From NCBI GenBank assembly GCA_051747805.1, contig JBNJGP010000023.1, positions 1-34,075 on the forward strand: a stretch of DNA of 34,075 nt, in the 5' to 3' direction. Of this stretch, positions 1 to 9,242 are shown in pieces. Source of the DNA: Candidatus Muiribacteriota bacterium (lineage in GTDB: Bacteria > Muiribacteriota > Muiribacteriia > Muiribacteriales > Muiribacteriaceae). The translations under genes were made by a program, and so were the position numbers. Within the stretch, counting starts at the first letter, position 1; each line of letters starts with the position of its first letter. The notes beneath the pieces are model-generated. The model had not been told where the DNA came from and did no database searches. It saw nothing but the letters and a program-made list of their open reading frames with translations.

Positions 1-2
1 GG

Positions 3-770
3 GTTGACCTTGGTATTGTACCAGTATTTGCTGCCGGCAATGATGGGCATCTTGGACCCGGAAGTATTGACGATATGACTTCTTATCAAAAAAATATTGT
101 TGTGGGGGCAAATGAGATTGACCATAAAATCGCAGATTTTTCAAGTATTGGTCCTGGAAGTTTTCTTGGTCTAGGCACGCAGAAACCTGATTTAACTACT
201 CCCGGACATAGAATTATTTCTACCTACAATAATAATCAATATGCCTGGATGAGTGGAACATCTATGGCGGCTCCTCATGTTACCGCCACAATTGCCCTGA
301 TATTAGAGGCAAATCCGGCATTAACAGTTGAGCAAATTCGAAATATATTAATTAACTCTACTGCGGATATGGGTATGCCGGGATGGGATGTTCAATATGG
401 CCATGGTAATCTAGATGCATTCCGTGCTGTGGGTCTGGCTTTAAATCGACCTAAATGGAATCAAACTCCACTTATATCCCATCCTGATACAGATATTCTC
501 TCATTTTCTTCTACTCTATACACTAATCCTGATGCTGGAAATTTAAAAAGTTTTTCTCTTTCAGTCAACGGTGAAAAAAAATATGAGGAAGAGCTTTCCG
601 GAAGGTTAAAAAATATTAATATCGAACTTCATAGACAAAGGAATTTTATAAAACCACCCGATAATTTAATTATGGTAGATAAACTTGGTGAGGGCGATAT
701 TGTTTACACAATTGAGGCTCATGCAGATAATGGAACTGATTTTATCTGGACTGATACCTGGTATTATTAA
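3..770 (+). CDS. S8 subtilisin-like serine protease, C-terminal part (5' truncated by the window edge)
   Basis: The frame is open from position 3 (VDLGIVPVFAAGNDG, oxyanion Asn motif), so the ATG at 75 is internal. It also has FSSIGP, KPDLTTPG, the catalytic Ser motif SGTSMAAPHV and YGHG. Confidence 0.92.
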   Translation, partial: VDLGIVPVFAAGNDGHLGPGSIDDMTSYQKNIVVGANEIDHKIADFSSIGPGSFLGLGTQKPDLTTPGHRIISTYNNNQYAWMSGTSMAAPHVTATIALILEANPALTVEQIRNILINSTADMGMPGWDVQYGHGNLDAFRAVGLALNRPKWNQTPLISHPDTDILSFSSTLYTNPDAGNLKSFSLSVNGEKKYEEELSGRLKNINIELHRQRNFIKPPDNLIMVDKLGEGDIVYTIEAHADNGTDFIWTDTWYY

Positions 771-796
771 TAAATTTTTTATTTAAGAGGTTTTAA

Positions 797-1498
797 ATGG
801 CAAATATAAGTGTTGATAAAAACAGCATTAAGCGCGGAGACATTATAGGAAAAGATGTTTTAAGTGATGGAAAAATTATAGTAGATAAAAATACTGTTCT
901 TAACTATTATTTTATACAGAATATTAAAAAAGCACCCGATGTTAATGAGGTTGAACTTGAAGAAAAAGAGTTTGTTGAACCACCTGAACCAAAAGATTTT
1001 AAAATTCATCCTGTGGACGACCTTATTGAAAAACTCTATCTTGCCGACTGGGAAATTGACAAAGAGCTTGAAATTCTGAAAAATGTAAAGGCCCTCACGA
1101 AAAAATTTAACGAAAGAACAGTTGAGGGACTGGATTTTGTTATTTCATATTTTCATAACACCCAGGGCAGGAAAATTGCAGCTGAAGGAATTAATAAAAT
1201 TGGTTACCGCGAGTTCTATCCTATAGCAATTATGGCACTGCTTGATGAAGAACAAGTTGTACGTAATTCTGTTTATAAATATTTTCTGAAATTCAAAGAA
1301 GATCAGGAAATTATAACTGAACTTATAAATAAATATAATTATGTTGATGATAATAATAAGTCTGAATACATGGAAGTAATGACTAAAATGATTAAAAAAA
1401 TTGCTATTGAAAAAGTGCAGCAAAAGGCCGCTCAGGAAAACAACAGTAAACTTTTAGAAGCCTGTAAGGATATTTTAAATCAGTTTCCGGAAAAATGA
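797..1498 (+). CDS. Hypothetical protein: N-terminus resembles the small N-terminal domain of many HD-GYP proteins; helical HEAT-like C-terminus
   Basis: 233-aa ORF with AGAGG SD upstream. N-terminus ISVDKNSIKRGDIIGKDVLSDGKIIVDKNTVLN; HEAT-like segment ALLDEEQVVRNSV. Confidence 0.6.
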   Translation: MANISVDKNSIKRGDIIGKDVLSDGKIIVDKNTVLNYYFIQNIKKAPDVNEVELEEKEFVEPPEPKDFKIHPVDDLIEKLYLADWEIDKELEILKNVKALTKKFNERTVEGLDFVISYFHNTQGRKIAAEGINKIGYREFYPIAIMALLDEEQVVRNSVYKYFLKFKEDQEIITELINKYNYVDDNNKSEYMEVMTKMIKKIAIEKVQQKAAQENNSKLLEACKDILNQFPEK

Positions 1499-2592
1499 TT
1501 TTTTTTTGTCTTGTATAAAAATTTATATATTTCAAATAGTTTAAAACATACCTGTCTGGATGAGTAGTTTGTCTGGGCATAATCTAAAGCATTTTTCATG
1601 TTTTTTTGTCTATATTCTTTGTTTATAAGGATTTTTTTCAAATTACTTTCATCAAGTTCATTAAATAAAAAAGCATAATTTTTGAAAATTTTATTATACG
1701 GGAATTCATCGGGTAAAATTACAGGAATTTTATTAATAAAAGCTCTTATAATATTATTTTTAAAAGATGAATCGTCAAAATCAAATTTTTTGAAAAAGAA
1801 AAATAAATCACTTTCTGAAATAAGCTTATCTTTTTCCTTGGCGGAAACACCGGGCATATAAGAGGTTTCAAAACCTTTATTAAGACATGTTCTAGAAAGT
1901 TTTTCGCCAGAGAAAAACAAATATTTAAGCTGAGCAGAATAATCTGTTATCACACTAAGTATATTTAATTTATTTTGATAAGACTTATCGCTTTCAATTC
2001 CAAACACAAACTTTCCTGAGTTTTCCTCTCTTTTATGAAAGTTAAAGTTAACAGGATTATGAATAACTTTATAGGCATTTTTTTTATACCCAGATTCAAG
2101 TAAAAGAGTTTTTAAAAGTTCATCGGGGCATACAATAAAATCAACTTCTGAATAAACCTTTTTTTTTAAAAAATATTGTTTTGGAAAAAGAAAAATGTCG
2201 GGATTTTTTTTAAAAAATAATACTGTTTTAGGCATTTCTTTTAAATAAGAAACAGTTTCAATAATATCATAAGCCAGTTTAGAATATGGTTCAGCTTTAA
2301 TTTCAATAATATCAGGTTTTATTTCTTCAATTGCAGATAATAAAAAGTCTGTTTTAATAGATGAATTAATTAAAAATTTTTTGCTTCCCTCTGATTTTGA
2401 CACAGGCTCAAAAGGAATAATATTATAACTTCTTGTTTTTCCATCATCAACATATTTATACATTTCTTCAACTGAAATAAATTTCGGAACCATTACATTA
2501 ATAGATAAATCAGAGAAACTAGATATTTTCTCATACAAAAATCTATTTTCTTGAAATAAATTATCAAAACCAACGCTAAGAATACTTATCAT
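1480..2592 (-). CDS. Glycosyltransferase family 4-like (GT-B) protein, divergent
   Basis: 370 aa with IKPDIIEIKAEPYS, VDFIVCP and SDLFFF...AFINKIPVI. The C-terminal YAQTNYS helix is typical of GT-B. It lies downstream of a lipid A acyltransferase. Confidence 0.7.
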   Translation of the reverse strand: MISILSVGFDNLFQENRFLYEKISSFSDLSINVMVPKFISVEEMYKYVDDGKTRSYNIIPFEPVSKSEGSKKFLINSSIKTDFLLSAIEEIKPDIIEIKAEPYSKLAYDIIETVSYLKEMPKTVLFFKKNPDIFLFPKQYFLKKKVYSEVDFIVCPDELLKTLLLESGYKKNAYKVIHNPVNFNFHKREENSGKFVFGIESDKSYQNKLNILSVITDYSAQLKYLFFSGEKLSRTCLNKGFETSYMPGVSAKEKDKLISESDLFFFFKKFDFDDSSFKNNIIRAFINKIPVILPDEFPYNKIFKNYAFLFNELDESNLKKILINKEYRQKNMKNALDYAQTNYSSRQVCFKLFEIYKFLYKTKKNHFSGN

Positions 2593-2603
2593 AAATTAAT
2601 TTC

Positions 2604-3434
2604 TCACCATCTATTATGAACCCAGAGCCATTGCTCAGGAGTTTCTCTTATATAATTTTCAATACTATTATTAATATATTGAGTTATTTCCATAATATCT
2701 TCGTTTTCTGGCTGATAAAGTTCATAAAAATTAACCTCAAATTTTAACGTACCGATTCTTTTAGAATACATAAAAACAATTGGACTTTTATATTTCTGAT
2801 ATAATTTGGCGGGAAGCGGAGTAGTACTTGCATTATGGTCAAAAAATTCAGCCTCAACTCCACCTATTTTAGCTTTTTGATCAACAAGCAAAGCAAGAAT
2901 TTCGCCTTTTTTTAAGGCTTGAACACCTTTTCTTAAACCGATTTTCCTATCTATCGGCTTCATTCCATTAATCTGCCTGTAATGATTTAAAACTTTATCA
3001 AAATCAAGATTATTCTGTTTTTTCTGAATAACATCAAGATTAAAGCCCTTTTTACATATTAAACTTCCGGCAAGCTCCCAGTTTCCGAAATGGGAAGTAA
3101 TCAGAATAACACCTTTATTTTTAGAATAAGCTTTTTTTAAATTATGGAATCCTTTGACATTAAAAACTTTATCAATATTACGTCCAACATAGGGCTGTTT
3201 GAAAATTTCAAAAATAATTATCGAGAGATTAATAAAAACATTTTTTAAAATTTTTTTTAATTCTCTATGATTTTTTTCAGGAAAAGCCTTTTTCAAGTTT
3301 TGAAATCCGGTTATTCTTCTATTTTTCCAGAATATAAAGCCAAAAAAACCAATTACTTCTGCAACAGTATAAAGAATTGAAGACGGAACAAGACCAATTA
3401 TAAATCCAATAAAACGTAAAAATTGATATTTCAT
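2604..3434 (-). CDS. Lipid A biosynthesis lauroyl/myristoyl-type acyltransferase (LpxL/HtrB family)
   Basis: HFGNWE catalytic motif, LLVDQ, FF...TTP and the C-terminal PEQWLWVHNRW. Confidence 0.9.
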   Translation of the reverse strand: MKYQFLRFIGFIIGLVPSSILYTVAEVIGFFGFIFWKNRRITGFQNLKKAFPEKNHRELKKILKNVFINLSIIIFEIFKQPYVGRNIDKVFNVKGFHNLKKAYSKNKGVILITSHFGNWELAGSLICKKGFNLDVIQKKQNNLDFDKVLNHYRQINGMKPIDRKIGLRKGVQALKKGEILALLVDQKAKIGGVEAEFFDHNASTTPLPAKLYQKYKSPIVFMYSKRIGTLKFEVNFYELYQPENEDIMEITQYINNSIENYIRETPEQWLWVHNRW

Positions 3435-3653
3435 AGTTATATTCCCTCTATCTTTAGTAAATCTTAAAACATTTTATATTTTAACATATCTATAAGTCAA
3501 ATAATACAATTTTAAAAAATAAAATTTAAACACTGAACTATGAAAATATCACAAAACAAATATTGAGATTTGCTGTAAAAAAACCTTTTTTTTGAATAAT
3601 AGCATTTTTTATGTTATTATTAGCATTAATATATTAATATTTCAGGAGTTTTT

Positions 3654-4394
3654 ATGCTAAAAGTCAAAAATTTAAATTTATCCCGTGAAAATAAAGAAAT
3701 TTTAAAAAATATTAACGTTGAATTTCAACCAGGAAAAATTACAGCCGTTATTGGCGAAAACGGCTCTGGGAAAACAACTTTGCTTAAAACATTAACTGGT
3801 ATATGGCCTCCTGCTTCCGGTGAAATAAAGTGGCAGGATTTAATCCTGCCTGGAAATGAAGTTGAATTTAAAAAACAAAGCGGACTGTTATTTGAAAACC
3901 CATTTTTTTATGAGAGCTTAACGGGTCGCGAGTTTATAAAAATACTCTGCGGTCTCAGAAAAATTGAATTTAATGAAAAAAATATTGAAAAATTTATATC
4001 AATTTTCAGCCTTGAGGATTATATTAACACTCCTGTTAATGAGCTTCCAAAAGGGGTTAAACAAAAGTTTGCCATAATTTCTGTTTTATTTCATGACCCC
4101 AGTATAATTTTACTTGATGAACCCGTTAATGGTCTTGATCCTGTAAGTGTGAAAATCTTAAAAGAACTTCTTGTAAACTCAAAAAATCAGGGAAAAACAG
4201 TTGTAATATGTACTCATATTCTTGAGCTTGCTGAAAAACTTGCTGATAATATTGTAGTGCTGCACGAAGGTGAAATTATTTATTCTGATTCTCTCAAAAA
4301 TTTACAAAGTACAAATGAAAACAAAATGCTTGAAGAAATATTTATTAAACTTACGGGCGGAGAAAAATATAAAAAATTACTTTCATTAATTTAA
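3654..4394 (+). CDS. ABC transporter ATP-binding protein
   Basis: Walker A GENGSGKTT, degenerate signature LPKGVKQK, Walker B ILLDEP, H-loop CTH; AGGAG SD. Confidence 0.93.
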   Translation: MLKVKNLNLSRENKEILKNINVEFQPGKITAVIGENGSGKTTLLKTLTGIWPPASGEIKWQDLILPGNEVEFKKQSGLLFENPFFYESLTGREFIKILCGLRKIEFNEKNIEKFISIFSLEDYINTPVNELPKGVKQKFAIISVLFHDPSIILLDEPVNGLDPVSVKILKELLVNSKNQGKTVVICTHILELAEKLADNIVVLHEGEIIYSDSLKNLQSTNENKMLEEIFIKLTGGEKYKKLLSLI

Positions 4395-4406
4395 AGGATA
4401 TTATTT

Positions 4407-5996
4407 ATGAAAACTCTTAAATTTATTTATTCATTATTTTCAAGAAAGCATTATAATTCCTTTTATGGAGAAATTATTTATTCAATTATTGTTATTTTAC
4501 TTTTCTTTATAAGTTATAGATTAAACGGCAGGATTATAAGAATGCTTTCTGCGGATATGCCGCCCTTAGAAAGCTATTTTGTTTATGGTCACTTTTTATC
4601 TCTTTTTTTATTCATTCTGTTTACAATAGCAATTCTATCTTCAATAATATATCTTTTTGAAATTTTATTTTACGATAAAGAAATCCCGTTTCTTTTTTCA
4701 CTTCCAATAACTAAAGCAGAAATTTTTTTCAACAGATATATAAAATCCTATATGTACGGCTCTATATTATTTTTAGTTTTCTGTCTTGGCGCACTTTTCT
4801 CTATAAATAATTATTATGAACCTGGTTGGTCATTTATTTTAATTTCCTTTATAGGCGTATTATTTACCGCCGTTACCTATATAAGTATTGCATATATTAT
4901 TGTACTTGCGTTTCTTAAAATTTTTGGCTCTGTTAAAACCAGAAAATTCCTTATTTCATTTTCAGTTTTTCTACTTTCTGCACTTATAATTTTATTCAGA
5001 TATATAAAGCCTGAACGATTCCTTACTATTGAAGACGGTGTTTATTTAAATGAGCTTCTTGAATCATTTAAAATTCCTGTTTTACAGTTTTTTCCAACTG
5101 AGTTTATAAAAAATATTTTTTACGGGTTTATAGAAACAGATAATACTCTTATCTTCTCTGCCCTTGGCTCCTCAGTAATATTGGCACTGATTTTAACTGC
5201 AATAAGCTATAAAATGTTTATTAATATATATTCCCCTGTGTTTTTAACTCAGAAAAACCAAAAAAATAACGATTTTGAATTAAAATTAAACAAAAACGAT
5301 TCTGCCGGAAACGTTTTAAAGAAGAAAGAATTAACACTTTTTATTAGAAACAACGTTAATTTCCAGCAGATGTGGCTTTTTGCCGGGTTAATTATTGTAT
5401 TTATTTTTAATATTTATTTCCTGAGAGAACTTGGGGATAAACTTCTTTTACCTGTTCTTTATTTAAACACAGGCGTAGTATTGTTAATAATTGCTTCTTT
5501 CCTTGCAAGAATTTTCTTTGGGCTTTTTTCAGAAAACTATGAAGAAATTCAATTTTTAAAAACCCTGCCAATCAAACCATCTTCAATATTAGACGCAAGA
5601 ATCAAACTTTTTTTTGGTCCACTTATTTTATTTGGTCTTTTTATATCAATAATAATGCTTATTCTATATTCATCCAACCCAGTTCTCTGGTTTCTAACGT
5701 TTTTCAACATTGTTTTAATAAGTTATTTTATGATGCATAGCTCAGTATTTTTTTCTAATTATTTTATGAGAAAAAAATTCAGTATTTTCTCTCTTCCTGT
5801 TCAAATTTACATAATTTTAAATCTTTTTGTTGGATTTTTTATTCTAGGCTCACAATTATATTTTTATGCAATGATGGTTAGAGGAATGATAAATTCAGGC
5901 AGGTTTATAATATTTTTACTTATTCAGGGACTGGTTTTATTTTTTGGAGCAAACCTTTTTTATAAAAAAGCTGTTAAAAAAATCACCGGAGTATAG
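4407..5996 (+). CDS. Putative ABC transporter permease (ABC-2-like, many TM helices)
   Basis: 529-aa polytopic hydrophobic protein with two internally similar halves (FLFSLPI / FLKTLPI), directly after the ABC ATPase. Confidence 0.8.
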   Translation: MKTLKFIYSLFSRKHYNSFYGEIIYSIIVILLFFISYRLNGRIIRMLSADMPPLESYFVYGHFLSLFLFILFTIAILSSIIYLFEILFYDKEIPFLFSLPITKAEIFFNRYIKSYMYGSILFLVFCLGALFSINNYYEPGWSFILISFIGVLFTAVTYISIAYIIVLAFLKIFGSVKTRKFLISFSVFLLSALIILFRYIKPERFLTIEDGVYLNELLESFKIPVLQFFPTEFIKNIFYGFIETDNTLIFSALGSSVILALILTAISYKMFINIYSPVFLTQKNQKNNDFELKLNKNDSAGNVLKKKELTLFIRNNVNFQQMWLFAGLIIVFIFNIYFLRELGDKLLLPVLYLNTGVVLLIIASFLARIFFGLFSENYEEIQFLKTLPIKPSSILDARIKLFFGPLILFGLFISIIMLILYSSNPVLWFLTFFNIVLISYFMMHSSVFFSNYFMRKKFSIFSLPVQIYIILNLFVGFFILGSQLYFYAMMVRGMINSGRFIIFLLIQGLVLFFGANLFYKKAVKKITGV

Positions 5997-6043
5997 GGGA
6001 TTATTATGTTTTTATTTTTAATTAAGTAAAATATGGTTAAAAA

Positions 6044-6073
6044 GTTGATTTTATTACTAACAATGTTTATAAT
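6044..6073 (+). promoter_or_regulatory. Putative sigma70 promoter for lptB
   Basis: TTGATT-18 bp-TATAAT upstream of the GAGGA SD of lptB. The AT-rich background limits specificity. Confidence 0.4.
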
Positions 6074-6108
6074 TTCTGCAAACTTCTTTTAATAAATTGT
6101 GAGGATAA

Positions 6109-6834
6109 ATGGTTCAAAAAATAATCGCTGATGAACTTTTAAAAATATATTCAGGCCGTAAAGTTGTCAACACTGTTTCCGTCAATCTTACCAAAGGTGA
6201 AATTGTCGGACTGCTTGGTCCAAACGGCGCAGGAAAAACCACTACTTTTTATATGATAGTTGGACTGATTCTTCCCAGATCAGGTAATATTTTTTTTAAT
6301 GACAGAAATGTTACAGACCTGCCAATGTATAAAAGGGCAAGACTTGGTATAGGCTATCTTGCTCAGGAGCCCAGTATTTTCAGAAAACTTTCTATAGAAG
6401 ACAATATTCTTGCAATTTTACAATTTACAAACCTTTCAAAAAAAGAACAGAACTACAAAGTAGATGAGCTTCTTAATGAGTTTAAAATAAATCATATTCG
6501 AAAAAATATGGGATTTTCTCTATCGGGCGGCGAAAGAAGACGAGTTGAAATTGCACGTGCTATTTGTACCAACCCCCATTTTTTACTTCTTGATGAACCT
6601 TTTGCTGGAGTGGACCCCATAGCTGTTTCTGATATTCAGGAAATTATAAATGAGCTTAGAAATAAAGGACTGGGTATATTAATAACTGACCATAATGTAA
6701 GAGAAACACTTCAGATTACCGACCGCGCATATGTTATGAATACTGGCGAAATTATGGTTGAGGGCGATGCTGAATTTATTTCAAACGACCCTAAGGCCCG
6801 ACAATTCTACCTGGGGGATAAATTCAAACTATGA
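6109..6834 (+). CDS. lptB: LPS export ABC transporter ATP-binding protein LptB
   Basis: [73 protein letters not shown] and YLG..F are all LptB hallmarks. Confidence 0.96.
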   Translation: MVQKIIADELLKIYSGRKVVNTVSVNLTKGEIVGLLGPNGAGKTTTFYMIVGLILPRSGNIFFNDRNVTDLPMYKRARLGIGYLAQEPSIFRKLSIEDNILAILQFTNLSKKEQNYKVDELLNEFKINHIRKNMGFSLSGGERRRVEIARAICTNPHFLLLDEPFAGVDPIAVSDIQEIINELRNKGLGILITDHNVRETLQITDRAYVMNTGEIMVEGDAEFISNDPKARQFYLGDKFKL

Positions 6835-7874
6835 GCGAAGGGTTTGTTAAATTATTTGGAATAGTTTTATTTTCTGGTCTTATAGCCTATATCGGTGACC
6901 TTGTAGGGTTCAGAATGGGTAAGAAAAAAATATCCTTTTTAGGTTTAAGACCTAGACAAACTGCAACTCTTATCACAATTGGTTTTGGAATTATAATAAC
7001 TCTAATAACAATGTTTTTTGCAATGATTATATCAGAAGATGTGCGTGTTGCCCTGTTTCATATGGATGAAATAAAAACTGAAATCAGACAACTTTCTGAA
7101 TATAACGAAGAACTCAGCCAGGAACAAGAAGAAGCAATAGATACTATCAAAGACCTTAATGAAGATATTATAGATAAGAAAAGGGAAATTAATCAGCTAA
7201 GAGAATTCTACAGAGAGCTTAGACAAAATGTAATTATTTTTGAGGTAAATGAAACAATATCTTTTGAAATCATCAACCCAAATACTCCAAAAGAAAAAAT
7301 AGAAGAACAAATCAACAACCTTTTCAAAAAATCTTACGCAAAAATTCAGGAGGCTGGACTTAAAACCAGAAATCTTGAAGATTTCTTTAACGAGTATCAG
7401 AAAGAAATTGAAGAAAAAGCCAGAGTAATGGAAAACTCATCAAATAGATTTTTTCTTAAAACTGTGGCCTCTTCTAATTTAACTTTAAAATCAAAGGTTA
7501 ACGAGTTTGATATGATTGCAGTTTCTGAAATCCAGATTTTAGAAGCTGGTACTACACTTGTAAGCCCATTTTTTATTGAAGGTTCCTGGGATAAAGAGGC
7601 AGTTTATAATGCTGTTAATATGTTTTTTGATTATGTTGAAGAATTTTTAGTTAAAAATAATGCAATGATTAACTCAGATTACTTTGTTCATCCGGTTGAA
7701 GTTTATCATATAACCGAGCTTATTCAGGAGTATGGTGATAGAGTATATTTACAGGCAAAATTTTCAAATGATGTTTACTCTCTTGGTCCATTTAATTTTA
7801 ATATTGAGTTTTTATCTTCTCAGGGAAAATCAAAGACATCATCAAGAACTCATATTTTAGGTCCGAATGAATAA
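6831..7874 (+). CDS. DUF3084-like membrane-anchored coiled-coil protein
   Basis: N-terminal [30 protein letters not shown] motif, two TM segments, then a coiled coil. It overlaps lptB by 4 bp. Confidence 0.82.
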   Translation: MSEGFVKLFGIVLFSGLIAYIGDLVGFRMGKKKISFLGLRPRQTATLITIGFGIIITLITMFFAMIISEDVRVALFHMDEIKTEIRQLSEYNEELSQEQEEAIDTIKDLNEDIIDKKREINQLREFYRELRQNVIIFEVNETISFEIINPNTPKEKIEEQINNLFKKSYAKIQEAGLKTRNLEDFFNEYQKEIEEKARVMENSSNRFFLKTVASSNLTLKSKVNEFDMIAVSEIQILEAGTTLVSPFFIEGSWDKEAVYNAVNMFFDYVEEFLVKNNAMINSDYFVHPVEVYHITELIQEYGDRVYLQAKFSNDVYSLGPFNFNIEFLSSQGKSKTSSRTHILGPNE

Positions 7875-8286
7875 TTCCGATTTTTTTTATTTTACAGAAA
7901 ACATTAACCACCAGCTGGATTTTTATTCTGAAATTTTCAATGAACCTGTTGAGGATTTAATAGATAAGTTTGTGAAAAATAATAAAGACATTCTGAACAA
8001 ATCAAATAAAAAAGCAAACACTAAAAAATTTTTAGATTTTCTTTTTAAAAAAAGATATCCCATTTATTCAAAAACATTAAAAAAAGCTAAGAAAATACAG
8101 AGAAGCTTTTATGAAAAAAAAATTCAATTTCATTTTGATAAAACATTTGAGAATCCAGATTTTGAAATTAAAATTAAGTTCAAAAATTTTAATGAACTTA
8201 AAAACAAACTTGATATAATAAAAGATAGCCAGCCCCAAATAAAAAAACTAACAGAGATTTTAAATAATGAAGATTTATCTGAATAA
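7867..8286 (+). CDS. Hypothetical protein
   Basis: 139-aa ORF overlapping both neighbours; contains RYP and FE..DFEIKIKF motifs. Confidence 0.65.
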   Translation: MNNSDFFYFTENINHQLDFYSEIFNEPVEDLIDKFVKNNKDILNKSNKKANTKKFLDFLFKKRYPIYSKTLKKAKKIQRSFYEKKIQFHFDKTFENPDFEIKIKFKNFNELKNKLDIIKDSQPQIKKLTEILNNEDLSE

Positions 8287-9241
8287 ACAACTAAAAAATA
8301 ATGAAAATATTTTAATACAGAATGTTAAAAATCAAAAAACATTTGAAACTGTTAATTCAAATAAATTAAATTCCCTGAGTTCTTCAGCCATTTTTTTAGA
8401 TAAAAGAAAAGATAATTATATTCAAAAATATGACTATGGCAAAAATATTCAGGGAAAAAACGAGTATGTAATACGTTGGGGAAAGGGCTGTGTTTATAAC
8501 TGCGCTTACTGTTTTCCTAAAGCCCGTTTTAAAAAAAATAAATTAATAACAATTTTTCCTGAAATAGATAAAATAGTTGAAGAAATAACTCTATTAAAAA
8601 AGAAGCTTCCTACGGATCAAATATTAAAATTACATGCGGGAGAGAATTTTGATTCTTTTATTTTTGAAAACATTATCCCTTTTTCAGAAACTCTATCAAC
8701 TGAAGCTGGGCAGAATTTTTCAAATATAAATATAGAGTACAGAACAAAATCCCTGGTTCCTGATAGTTTTATAAAAAACGCATGTAAAAAAAATTCTACA
8801 ATAGCCTTCAGCTTATCCCCTGAAAACGTGCAAAAAAAATATGAAAAAAAGGTTCCTCCCCTATCTCTTAAATTAGAAAATATAATTAAACTTCAAAAAG
8901 AAGATTTTAAAGTAGCCCTCAGTTTTGAACCAGTAATTTTAACAGAGAATTATTTAAACAATTATAAAAAACTTTTTCTTAAACTTTTTAATAACAATAT
9001 TCTTGATAAAGTTGAAAATATTGATATTTCATTATTAAGACTAACGCATGAAAATTATAAAACTTTACTTAATAACCATCCTGAACTGTTAAATCATGAA
9101 TGGGTATATAATAAGGTTAATAAAAAGTACCGTTATTTTATACCCATTCGTAAAAAAGCCTATAAAAATATAATTAAATTATTATCTCAATACTATTCAG
9201 GCAGAATATTTTTAAGCACAGAATATAAATGGTTAAAATAA
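8267..9241 (+). CDS. Spore photoproduct lyase-like radical SAM protein
   Basis: GCVYNCAYC (CxxxCxxC), AGENFDSF, EYRTKS, AFSLSP, FEPVI and KYRYF match the SplB-like pattern. Confidence 0.82.
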   Translation: MKIYLNKQLKNNENILIQNVKNQKTFETVNSNKLNSLSSSAIFLDKRKDNYIQKYDYGKNIQGKNEYVIRWGKGCVYNCAYCFPKARFKKNKLITIFPEIDKIVEEITLLKKKLPTDQILKLHAGENFDSFIFENIIPFSETLSTEAGQNFSNINIEYRTKSLVPDSFIKNACKKNSTIAFSLSPENVQKKYEKKVPPLSLKLENIIKLQKEDFKVALSFEPVILTENYLNNYKKLFLKLFNNNILDKVENIDISLLRLTHENYKTLLNNHPELLNHEWVYNKVNKKYRYFIPIRKKAYKNIIKLLSQYYSGRIFLSTEYKWLK

Positions 9242-9242
9242 C

